Positions 1-8,416 of a DNA stretch of 64,000 bases are shown piece by piece. This stretch comes from Rhodoferax sp. (GTDB lineage: Bacteria > Pseudomonadota > Gammaproteobacteria > Burkholderiales > Burkholderiaceae_C). The notes under the pieces were generated by a model. That model was not told the DNA's origin. It searched no databases and saw only the letters and a program-made list of their open reading frames with translations. Location: NCBI RefSeq assembly GCF_037143375.1, contig NZ_JBAWYV010000002.1, positions 15,064 to 79,063 on the forward strand. The letters are read 5' to 3'. The position numbers were made by a program, and so were the translations under genes. Position 1 is the stretch's first letter; every line of letters begins with the position of its first letter.

Positions 1-173
1 ACGGCGGCCTGAGAAAAGGTGCGTATCGGCACCATGGGAATGTGTGCTGTAAATGCAAAAGGAATGCACAAAAAAATAGGAATCCAGACCTTCAGGAACA
101 CCGCCTCAAGTCCATGGCGGTCAACATAGTAGGCCGCCACGAACAAGGCCAGGAAGACCACATAGGCTGTCAT
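1..173 (-). CDS. hypothetical membrane protein, N-terminal fragment running off the left edge
   Basis: ATG at 173..171 overlaps the TGA stop (172..170) of the upstream REC-PP2C-kinase gene (ATGA). My translation MTAYVVFLALFVAAYYVDRHGLEAVFLKVWIPIFLCIPFAFTAHIPMVPIRTFSQAA stays open to position 1 and has two hydrophobic stretches. It is absent from the ORF track because it is truncated. Confidence 0.3.
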   Translation of the reverse strand, partial: MTAYVVFLALFVAAYYVDRHGLEAVFLKVWIPIFLCIPFAFTAHIPMVPIRTFSQAA

Positions 174-1819
174 CTAGGCAAAGTATAAAAACCAAACCCC
201 ATACGATTAACCCCAGCCGTGTGCGAATAGTTGAAGGTGTCCGCCAGAGCATTGATGATGTGCAAGCCAAAACCGCCTTCACGGTTGAGGTCAAAAGGCT
301 CTTCAAGCAACAGCGATTCGCGCACCGGATCAAAGTAAGGCCCCAGTGCTTCAAGCAGTACCCAGACCGTGCCATCAAGGTGACTGATCTGCACTTCAAT
401 CGACGAGTTGATGATCTCGCTGCTAGAGTGGCGAACCGTGTTCGTAAAGGCTTCAACCGTCACCAGCGTGATCTTGTCGGCGAGGTCTTCGGTCAACTTT
501 TGCTCTCGGGCAAAGTCACCGATAAAACCACGTAACTCAGCGATGTGGCAGAGCTGGCGGGCCAAGCGCAGGCGATGCGGCAATATGCCCGCATCCGGCA
601 CCTTGGCCACCACCAATGTCAGGTCATCGGTCAGGGCTTGATCCCCGATAAACCTGAGAACCGAGGCATACACCATTTCCACCAGCGCGTTGGCACCCCA
701 TGGGGATTGGTGGTAGGGCGCCAGCTCCTGCATCAGGCGATCTTCACCATAGGCCTCACCTTGCGAGTTCTTAGCCTCGGACAGGCCATCGGAATAGCAG
801 ATCACGGCGGCACCGGCAGCAATGTCACATTGCTGTTCTATATATAACTCCTCAGCAAGTACGCCCAGAGGAAGATTGGGGGATCCGAACAAACGGGTTT
901 GACCACCATTCAGAACGATCAAGGGCGGGTGTCCGCAACATACCACCGTGAGCGTACCTGCGGCCTTGTCCAGGCGGGCATAAAGGAATGTGACAAAACT
1001 CTCAAGCTCAATCAGCTTGGGTGTCAGCGTTCTATGGATAGCATTGACAATCTCACCCACCGAAAACCGCTCAGCGTTGTGGGTGGTCAGGCGATTGGAA
1101 ATCTGTCGCTGCACCTGCAACTTGACATCAGCACCCAGAATGGCTGCCAGTGGCCCCTTACCCATGACGTCACCGATGATGATGTCCACCGAGTCCGAGT
1201 ACACCGAAATGATTTCTATAAAGTCACCATTGATCCCCTGCGCCGCCTGTGCCCGCGCCGAAGTGAAGACGCCGCCAGGTGCCAACGGAATAGAGCCGAA
1301 CAGCAAAGTCTTCTGAATGCGCGCGCTGTACTCAAACTCCAAGGCAATGCGTTCCTCCAGTAGCTGTTGCTTATGCAGCACGCTGTCCAGCAGTTTCAAA
1401 TTCAGGTTCTGCAGCGAAATCACGCGCTGAAAATTACGAATCTTGTAGCGCAAAAATCCGATGTTAAGCGGCTTGGTCATGTAGTCGTCTGCACCCAGCT
1501 CCAACGCACGCATAATCTGCGCCTCGGATTGGTGGCCCGAGGTCACGATGACCGGCACCCAACGCACCGCCTCGCTTCGGCGAAGCGATTCCAGAACCAT
1601 ATACCCATCCCCGTCTTGCATGCCAATGTCCAGCAGAATCAGGTCAAAATTATTGTTTTCGAGGATTTGTAGGGCGTCATTCCCGCTCACAGCCATCGTG
1701 ATGTGGTAACCCATCTCCACCAGCGGTCGGCTCAGTATCAGGCGAGCCAGGGGTTCATCATCTACCAGCAAGATGCGCAAGACGCCCTCAGACAGCGGGT
1801 CAGCCGCTAATGAGCTCAT
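170..1819 (-). CDS. receiver - PP2C/SpoIIE phosphatase - RsbW-type serine kinase (HsbR-like partner-switching regulator)
   Basis: 549-aa ORF. N-terminal receiver (ILLVDDEP, LILLDIGMQDGDG). Central SpoIIE/PP2C block (GDFIEII, IIGDVMGKGPLAA, YSDGLSE). C-terminal RsbW/SpoIIAB-type HATPase (VEAFTNTVRHS N-box, REGGFGLHII G-box). Its ATG overlaps the stop of the upstream kinase (ATGA at 1816-1819). Confidence 0.85.
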   Translation of the reverse strand: MSSLAADPLSEGVLRILLVDDEPLARLILSRPLVEMGYHITMAVSGNDALQILENNNFDLILLDIGMQDGDGYMVLESLRRSEAVRWVPVIVTSGHQSEAQIMRALELGADDYMTKPLNIGFLRYKIRNFQRVISLQNLNLKLLDSVLHKQQLLEERIALEFEYSARIQKTLLFGSIPLAPGGVFTSARAQAAQGINGDFIEIISVYSDSVDIIIGDVMGKGPLAAILGADVKLQVQRQISNRLTTHNAERFSVGEIVNAIHRTLTPKLIELESFVTFLYARLDKAAGTLTVVCCGHPPLIVLNGGQTRLFGSPNLPLGVLAEELYIEQQCDIAAGAAVICYSDGLSEAKNSQGEAYGEDRLMQELAPYHQSPWGANALVEMVYASVLRFIGDQALTDDLTLVVAKVPDAGILPHRLRLARQLCHIAELRGFIGDFAREQKLTEDLADKITLVTVEAFTNTVRHSSSEIINSSIEVQISHLDGTVWVLLEALGPYFDPVRESLLLEEPFDLNREGGFGLHIINALADTFNYSHTAGVNRMGFGFYTLPR

Positions 1820-4800
1820 TCAGACACCTCCAATGCAGCCATATTCAATTGCAGCCAACGCAGAATCTGGAAACCTGCGGACTGTATCTCGCCTTCCAAT
1901 TGTTCCAACATGGACGCGTCCAAGGCATTGGACTGTGCTGCATGAGCTTCTATTCGAACTACCACATCAACAAGTTGGTGCATTCCAAAAGTCATGGCAA
2001 GGCCCTTGAGCGCATGAATATGGTGTTTTACCTGTTGCGGATTAAGGCTCCAGTCCTCTTTTATCTGCATTTTTCGCACCGGTAGTTCGGTAAAAAAGGC
2101 CTGTAGCAAGCTACCGAAAAACTTCACGTCTGACTCCGTATCTGCCATGGCACGCTGGCTGTCAATGGCCGTAATTTCCAGTTTCTCGTCCAACGGTCGT
2201 TCACCCCGGTTATTGAGGTGCCTTTTACCAATCACGTTAAGGTAGTTCAGGGCAAACTGATTGGGGACCATATCCACCACCCCCGCGCGTAAACAGGCAC
2301 GCATCTCTTCGTCGGTGGCCGCGTCAGCCAAGGCAATCATCTGCATGGCTTTCATGCTAGCACCTTTGAGGCCGCTACCCAACGCACGCATCGCCGCGCT
2401 GGTGGCAGTAGCCTGGTCCACGACAAGCAGGCCTGTCGGGGCATTGGCATCGAGCAGCAAACCCAAGTCCTCGACAGACTCGAGCACCTGCAACTGCACA
2501 CCTTGTTTCAGCAAGGCATCGCAGACGGGGACGGGCTGATGCGGTGTTGCGCGAATCCAGTATGCGGACATTGAATGCGCCGCCGAGTCTGCCACGTTGA
2601 CAGGCTCTTTCCTCGGTTGAGGTATGGCACGACTGCTTGGCTGCACGCCGGACTGCAGTCCGGTGACACTCCGAATCACGGCCACCAGTTCGTCCAAGTT
2701 GCAGGGCTTGGCGATGTGGTGATTCATTCCTGCTGCGAAACATTGTTCGCGATCCGACGTCTGCACATTGGCCGTCACAGCGATGATCGGAAGCTGCGCC
2801 AGTTGCGGTACGCTGCGAATCAGGCGTGTGGCTTCATAGCCGTCCATGACCGGCATCTGGATATCCATCAGCACCACATCAAAGGGCTGCTCTGCCATGG
2901 CGGCGAGCACAGCATCGACACCCAGTCTGCCATTAGAGGCCAGGGAAACCAGGGCACCCTCGACCATCAGCAACTGCTCGATCACGTTTTGATTGATCAC
3001 CAAATCATCCACTGCCAGCACCCGCAAACCTTTGAGCCGCTGGGGCCGCAGGGAGTTCGATTGCTCTGCTGAGCGATAGGCGCTTCTTTCAGCCCGCGCC
3101 AGCACATCACGCAACATGCTTGAGGTAAATGGCTTGGCTAAACAGGCGTTGACCAAATCACCCATGTCCAGCATGCGCTGGTGGTACACCGGGTTGCTGT
3201 TATTGCTGAGCAGGATGATGCAGGGCTGTGATTGATGTGCATCGCGGTATAGCGTCCTGATCTGCCGCACGATTTGGGTGTTGTCCACATCGGGCAAGTT
3301 CCAGTCCAGCAAGATCAGTGTGAAGGCCGTGCCGCCCGTTGCCAGGCTGCTACGGATCATCTCCAGTGCCTGAGCCCCATCATCCGCAGCGGATGTGCGC
3401 CAGTTCAAGCCCTCGGCCATGGCGCTGATCACATCCAGGGAAATCGGGCAATCATCCACCACCAGCGTCGCCTCCGGGGCTAGTTGCGTGGGCCTGGACG
3501 GAGGCGGTGCTTCGTCGCCCTCAGGAAGCGCCAAGTCAAGCTCAAAAGAGAAGCTACTACCTATGCCCACTTCGCTTTCCACCTCAATGCTGCCACCCAT
3601 CATTTCAACCAGCTGCTGACTGATGGGCAGTCCGAGGCCAATGCCGCCAAACTCGCGCGTCGTGGTTGACTGCACCTGCGTAAAGCTTTTGAAAATGCTT
3701 TCCCTGAATGTCGGCGCAATGCCTATGCCGGAATCGCGAATGCAAAAAACTACACGGCAGTTAACGCCGTCCTGCGATTGCAGATGGATGCGACAGACCA
3801 CTTCGCCGGACAGGGTGAACTTGATGGCGTTACCCAGCAGATTGACAAGAATCTGCTGCAGCCGCTGACTGTCGCCAAAAAAATAGGCAGGCAGACTCGG
3901 ATCCACGTCGAACAGTACGTCAATTTCCTTGCTACCCAAGTTGGCTGAAGCCATATCAGAGAGCTGCTGCAGAACCTCATCCAAACAGAATGCTTTAGGC
4001 AATAGCGTGACCATGCTGGCGTTTATCCTCGTGTGGTCCAGGATGTCGTCAATTAATTGGATCATCATGCGCGATGAACTTTCAGCCCTTTCGATATAGT
4101 TCCGCTGCAGGTCACTCAGGTCGCTACGTCCCAGGAGTGTCAGCATGCCCAGCACGGCATTCATGGGGGTTCGAATTTCATGGCTCATATTGGCCAGGAA
4201 CTGGCTCTTGATGAGACTGGCTTCCTCGGCCCGGTCGCGCGCCTCCTTCATCGATTCAGCCAGCAACACGGCATCAGTGACATCCATATTGGTACCCACG
4301 ACGTAGTCGACCCGACCATCGGCATCAAAGCGCGGACTCCCCAAAGCTTTGATATGGCGCACCGCGCCATCAGGCCGGATGATGCGGAACTGGTGATTAA
4401 ACGGAACGCCAAGGTTAAGGGTGTTCTGAAACGCCTCGCGTGCCTGCTCAGCATCCTCGGGATGCAGATGTTGAGACCACAATTCATAAATAGAAGTGGT
4501 CTGATTGGCTTCGTATTGAATTCCGAAGAGGCTGTACTGTTGCGCGTCCCACGTTTGTTCGCCGGAGATCGGCATCACCGACCAGATACCAATGCCGGCA
4601 CTTTCTGTCGCCAGTCGCACCCGCTCCTGTGCGTCGATCAAATTGAGTTGTTGATTTTTTCGCTCGGTGTTGTCACGGTAGTTCAGCACCGTCCATCCGG
4701 CAGAAATTGGGGAGACTCCCAATTCAATATGGCGACCATTGAACTGACGTCGCTCCTGAACCAAATGTGCGCGTGTCGCGATGGCCTCCTGGAACCCTGC

Positions 4801-5994
4801 CAGCACTGCTTCTAAGCTTTGCGTGTACCCATAGTCTCCGCGCATATACAGATACCGGATCTGGTCGGACAAATGAAAAGTCTTGAGAGCCAGCATTTCG
4901 GCTGGCAAATCCAACTTCCTGCCGAACTGATCATTGTGAAATCGCAGCACCTGCTGGTCATCGTAGACGGCCACGCCGTAGGGTGCAGCATCCACCACTT
5001 CAGTTAACAACTGAGTCTGCCGGGCCAAATCCACTTCCGCAGATTTGCGCGCCGTGATGTCCATACGCATCGAGACATATTTCTCCACCAGACCATCAGC
5101 ACCCAGAAAAGGCGCAATCATGCTGTCCACCCAATACAGCTTACCGCTGCTGTCGCGATTGCAAATCTCGCCGCGCCAAGGTTTGCCATGCGATATGTCG
5201 TCCCACATGGCTGTCCAGAATTCAGGGGCGTGCGTGCCTGAGTTCAACATCCGGTGGTCCTGCCCGAATAATTGTTCGCGGCTATAGCCACTGATGGCAC
5301 AAAAAGCCGAATTAGCCTCGATGATCCGTCCCGCATGGTCAGCCACCGAGACAATGGCATGGGTGTCCACCGTTTGGCGCAAGGCCTCCGATTCACGCAG
5401 GCTTGCTTCCAAGCTGCGTTTGGCCAGTTTCAATTCTGTGACGTCGGTGCAAATCTCAATGAAACCGACCAACTTGCCATGTTTGTCGTAATCCGGCCTG
5501 AAGTCGAGGTCGCCGTAATAGTGGCTGCCGTCCTTGCGTTGATTGATCACGACCACCCGGCACGGTTCACGCGTGGCAAGACTCTTCTTCAGCGATGCCA
5601 AAGCAGACGCGTCAGTGCGGTCGCAACCAAGCAACTCTGCCGGCCTCAACCCGACAGACTCATTCAATGAATAGCCGCTCATCTGCGTGAAGCCGGTATT
5701 GACCCAGTAAATGCGCCCTCCGGTATCCAGTAGCAGCACCGCCGTGCTCGAATGCTGCACCGCATCAGACAGGTTTTGCGCTTCGCGACCATGCACCGCA
5801 CGGCTGCGCCAGAAAATAAATGGCGCTACCAAGACCATCAGACTGAGCGCGTCCAGCAAGTCCGCATGCAGCATACTGATGGCAGGTGCCAGATAGTCCA
5901 GCAACACCATAACGGCAAACTCGCCCAGCGCAACAATGCCCAGAATTTCCAGAAAGAAACGGTTGCGCTTGAGCAGCTTTTTGATGTCAGGCAT
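1816..5994 (-). CDS. hybrid sensor histidine kinase (TM, multiple PAS, HisKA, HATPase, two receiver-like domains, Hpt)
   Basis: 1392-aa ORF. N-terminal hydrophobic helices and several PAS/PAC-like repeats. H-box SHEIRTPMNAVLG. ATPase motifs DSGIGI and GGIGLGL. Receivers LVVDDCP and VLAVDDLV...VLMDIQMPVMDGYE. C-terminal Hpt motif HHIHALKGLAMTFG. Confidence 0.9.
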   Translation of the reverse strand: MPDIKKLLKRNRFFLEILGIVALGEFAVMVLLDYLAPAISMLHADLLDALSLMVLVAPFIFWRSRAVHGREAQNLSDAVQHSSTAVLLLDTGGRIYWVNTGFTQMSGYSLNESVGLRPAELLGCDRTDASALASLKKSLATREPCRVVVINQRKDGSHYYGDLDFRPDYDKHGKLVGFIEICTDVTELKLAKRSLEASLRESEALRQTVDTHAIVSVADHAGRIIEANSAFCAISGYSREQLFGQDHRMLNSGTHAPEFWTAMWDDISHGKPWRGEICNRDSSGKLYWVDSMIAPFLGADGLVEKYVSMRMDITARKSAEVDLARQTQLLTEVVDAAPYGVAVYDDQQVLRFHNDQFGRKLDLPAEMLALKTFHLSDQIRYLYMRGDYGYTQSLEAVLAGFQEAIATRAHLVQERRQFNGRHIELGVSPISAGWTVLNYRDNTERKNQQLNLIDAQERVRLATESAGIGIWSVMPISGEQTWDAQQYSLFGIQYEANQTTSIYELWSQHLHPEDAEQAREAFQNTLNLGVPFNHQFRIIRPDGAVRHIKALGSPRFDADGRVDYVVGTNMDVTDAVLLAESMKEARDRAEEASLIKSQFLANMSHEIRTPMNAVLGMLTLLGRSDLSDLQRNYIERAESSSRMMIQLIDDILDHTRINASMVTLLPKAFCLDEVLQQLSDMASANLGSKEIDVLFDVDPSLPAYFFGDSQRLQQILVNLLGNAIKFTLSGEVVCRIHLQSQDGVNCRVVFCIRDSGIGIAPTFRESIFKSFTQVQSTTTREFGGIGLGLPISQQLVEMMGGSIEVESEVGIGSSFSFELDLALPEGDEAPPPSRPTQLAPEATLVVDDCPISLDVISAMAEGLNWRTSAADDGAQALEMIRSSLATGGTAFTLILLDWNLPDVDNTQIVRQIRTLYRDAHQSQPCIILLSNNSNPVYHQRMLDMGDLVNACLAKPFTSSMLRDVLARAERSAYRSAEQSNSLRPQRLKGLRVLAVDDLVINQNVIEQLLMVEGALVSLASNGRLGVDAVLAAMAEQPFDVVLMDIQMPVMDGYEATRLIRSVPQLAQLPIIAVTANVQTSDREQCFAAGMNHHIAKPCNLDELVAVIRSVTGLQSGVQPSSRAIPQPRKEPVNVADSAAHSMSAYWIRATPHQPVPVCDALLKQGVQLQVLESVEDLGLLLDANAPTGLLVVDQATATSAAMRALGSGLKGASMKAMQMIALADAATDEEMRACLRAGVVDMVPNQFALNYLNVIGKRHLNNRGERPLDEKLEITAIDSQRAMADTESDVKFFGSLLQAFFTELPVRKMQIKEDWSLNPQQVKHHIHALKGLAMTFGMHQLVDVVVRIEAHAAQSNALDASMLEQLEGEIQSAGFQILRWLQLNMAALEVSE

Positions 5995-6071
5995 GCCGCC
6001 TTACCTTCCTGATGTGATTGAACAAACGGCCACTACGACCATCCCGTAAGCCACTGGTAGCGCTGCCAATG

Positions 6072-7538
6072 TTATCGGCTGCGCCACGCATGGGTATAGA
6101 GAATTTTGAAGCGTCCGGTCAAGGTGGACTGCACCGCCATGAAGGCGTCCGCAGCGGCATAAGCCTCGCTGTCCAGGTTGTCGCTGCTTTCGGTCCAGGC
6201 CGGCGCATGAAACAATCCAATAGCGGTGCGGCTGAATAATTCCTGCCAGTCTCGCCCCAGCGCGTACCACTCGGCTTCCAACCGGGGGCGCAGACCAAAC
6301 CAACAGCGTCGACCCTGCACAATATCCAGCAAGGCGCCAAAGTGGGCCACCCATCGGTCAGGTGCCCGTTGGCTATGAGCCAAGCGTACCGACACCCAAG
6401 TTAAGTGGTCTTGACCACGCACGCGTGATTGCACCACGACCACCTTGCGCCATAGTCCATGGCCTCCAATAAACCATTGCAGCAGGAGGGCCGGTAGCAT
6501 CAACAGACTCACGCTTGCAGCGACCAGTACGGCCATTAAGCGCGATGTCCAGGGCGTAGCGCTATTGGCACGCCTGCGCAACGGCACCATCATGGCGTCA
6601 TCCGGGCTCAACACGGTACGCACCGACCATTTCAGGCTTTGTATGGAGTTGCCTTGCGCCAGCGCATTTTCCAGTGTAATCTGCCCCCCCACATAGGTAT
6701 TGGCCATCACCAGGGAGTGCCGCACGCGTGCACCGCTGGCCACAAACACATCATGCGCCAGCACCGTTCCTGGTCCCAGTTCGGCACCGGCCTCAACCAC
6801 ACTACCCGGTCCAATCAACACCGGACCATGAATATGAGCATCCGAGTGGACCACTGCATCCGGGCTGGCCGCGCCCCAAGGCATACGCCGCCAGGATGCG
6901 GGAATGGCGGCTTCCTGGCTGCCGTCCAGTGCATGCTGCTGGGCGGCCAGTAAATCTGAAGCACTCAGGCATTGCCCATGCTCGGCCGGCGCAGCAAGCA
7001 CACAGCGAACCCCTTCCATGCTGCGAACAAGTGCCCCTATTGCTTCGTAATCTGCGTGCGACCCGAATGCAGACACCGTGGCAGCGTCAGCACTGAACCA
7101 GCCAGTCCACGCCACATCGCCCCCCAGATGGAGCGCCACACCATTGGTCTGCACCAGTTCGCGCACGATGCGGCTACCCACCCACTGGTGGGCATGGCCA
7201 ATGACAATGCGTTGCGCTGCGTCCAGTGCCATGCCACGCAATACCTTGTAGGGCGATGACGACTCTTTGGCATGGTGCCAGTTGATCCGAATGCCCCAGG
7301 GTGCACCATCCTGCAAGATATGACGCAAAGCTTCGGGGTGTTCACTGACCACCACATCAATCTGGCGCACGCCGGCCAATGCGCAACTGTCCATGATGCG
7401 CTCGGCAAAGCTGGCCGTACCCAGCGGAAGCAGGCAGGCCAAGAGCTGATCCTCGCCCGGTACATCGCTTGGGCACTCGTGGGTCATGAACAGCACCACG
7501 CGCGCAGGGCTGGTAGTGGAATGGAAAGAGTCTTGCAT
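6072..7538 (-). CDS. nucleotidyltransferase-like / left-handed beta-helix protein with membrane helix and sugar-transferase-like tail
   Basis: 488-aa ORF. The N-terminus resembles sugar-phosphate nucleotidyltransferases (LLPLGTASFAERIMDSCALAGVRQIDVVV, WGIRINW). Hexapeptide-like middle (IHGPVLIGPGSVVEAGAELGPGTVLAHDVFVASGARV). One hydrophobic helix (LMAVLVAASVSLLMLPALLLQWF). The tail LLDIVQGRRCWFGLRP resembles the VLxGxMSLVGPRP motif of bacterial sugar transferases. Confidence 0.55.
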   Translation of the reverse strand: MQDSFHSTTSPARVVLFMTHECPSDVPGEDQLLACLLPLGTASFAERIMDSCALAGVRQIDVVVSEHPEALRHILQDGAPWGIRINWHHAKESSSPYKVLRGMALDAAQRIVIGHAHQWVGSRIVRELVQTNGVALHLGGDVAWTGWFSADAATVSAFGSHADYEAIGALVRSMEGVRCVLAAPAEHGQCLSASDLLAAQQHALDGSQEAAIPASWRRMPWGAASPDAVVHSDAHIHGPVLIGPGSVVEAGAELGPGTVLAHDVFVASGARVRHSLVMANTYVGGQITLENALAQGNSIQSLKWSVRTVLSPDDAMMVPLRRRANSATPWTSRLMAVLVAASVSLLMLPALLLQWFIGGHGLWRKVVVVQSRVRGQDHLTWVSVRLAHSQRAPDRWVAHFGALLDIVQGRRCWFGLRPRLEAEWYALGRDWQELFSRTAIGLFHAPAWTESSDNLDSEAYAAADAFMAVQSTLTGRFKILYTHAWRSR

Positions 7539-7574
7539 GAAATTTGGATAAGCTGAGGATTGGACTGTCTTGGA

Positions 7575-8273
7575 TCAATAGGCACCGCGGCCAAAGAGCA
7601 CTGCAGGGATGGTTTTAAACAGGACTTTGATGTCGGTCCACAGCGAGCGCTGGTGGATGTAGTCAATATCCATTTCAACCTGTTGATCAAAAGGAATTTC
7701 AGAGCGGCCGTTGACCTGCCAGAAGCACGTCAGTCCCGGCACCACGCTCAGGCGCTCCCGGTCACGCAGGCTGTACTTGGCCACCTCGGAGGGCATGGGT
7801 GGGCGCGGGCCCACCAAGGTCATCTGGCCGGTCAGCACGCACCACAGTTGCGGAAGTTCGTCAATACTGAAGCGGCGGATCACACGACCAGTGGGGGTGA
7901 TGCGGGGGTCTTGCTTCATTTTGAAGGTCACGCCATGGGCACCATGCTGATTCATGGCGGCAATTTTGGCGCGCACGGCGTCCGAATCCACACACATGGA
8001 ACGAAACTTGGGAAACGCAAATTCACACCCACGTCGCCCCACGCGTTTCTGCCAATACAGCACCGGTCCGCCGTCATGCAAACGGATGCAAAGCGCCACT
8101 ACCAAAAACAGCGGCGCCAGCAAGACCAGGGCTGGAAGCACCACGGCAATGTCCATCGCACGCTTCACGACGTGCAAGGTGCTCACCTTGATGCGCCACA
8201 CAATACGCTTTCTGGAAGCCTGAAACTGGCTCGCGCGCTGGCTCGGAATCTGGGGCAGGTCTCTTTTTTTCAT
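7575..8273 (-). CDS. undecaprenyl-phosphate sugar phosphotransferase (bacterial sugar transferase, WbaP/ExoY-like priming enzyme)
   Basis: ORF 7575..8396 carries the family core KFRSM, DPRITPTGRVIRRFSIDELPQLWCVLTGQMTLVGPRP and PGLTCFWQVNGRS. I prefer Met42 (MKKRDLPQ, ATG at 8273) because the longer form runs into the divergent gene. Confidence 0.85.
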   Translation of the reverse strand: MKKRDLPQIPSQRASQFQASRKRIVWRIKVSTLHVVKRAMDIAVVLPALVLLAPLFLVVALCIRLHDGGPVLYWQKRVGRRGCEFAFPKFRSMCVDSDAVRAKIAAMNQHGAHGVTFKMKQDPRITPTGRVIRRFSIDELPQLWCVLTGQMTLVGPRPPMPSEVAKYSLRDRERLSVVPGLTCFWQVNGRSEIPFDQQVEMDIDYIHQRSLWTDIKVLFKTIPAVLFGRGAY

Positions 8274-8416
8274 GGTGTGGAGGGCTCGGGATGCGGTTAC
8301 AGTTAACTCAACATGCCCATTACAGACCAGCGTCGCCTCCAACTTGTGTCCGGATTGTGAATTTGAATAACGCTCAACAGCCTGCCATGCCAGCACCCGC
8401 CCATGTCAATCTACCC

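Noticed and set aside
121-456. The 111-aa minus-strand ORF, and other alternative-frame ORFs nested in larger genes (for example 20173-20877, 12065-12718, 34124-34498).
   Set aside because: They are out-of-frame overlaps with well-supported genes, with low-complexity translations and no independent start context.
8291-8416. N-terminal extensions in the ORF track (8291 for the REC-HK gene, 8396 for the priming transferase, 37075 guaB, 53190 yejF, 38145 rnfH, 16435 acetyltransferase, 42989 EamA, 51375 rimP).
   Set aside because: The extensions overlap neighbouring genes or terminators, or start at TTG. Internal starts give canonical N-termini and typical ATGA or short-gap junctions.
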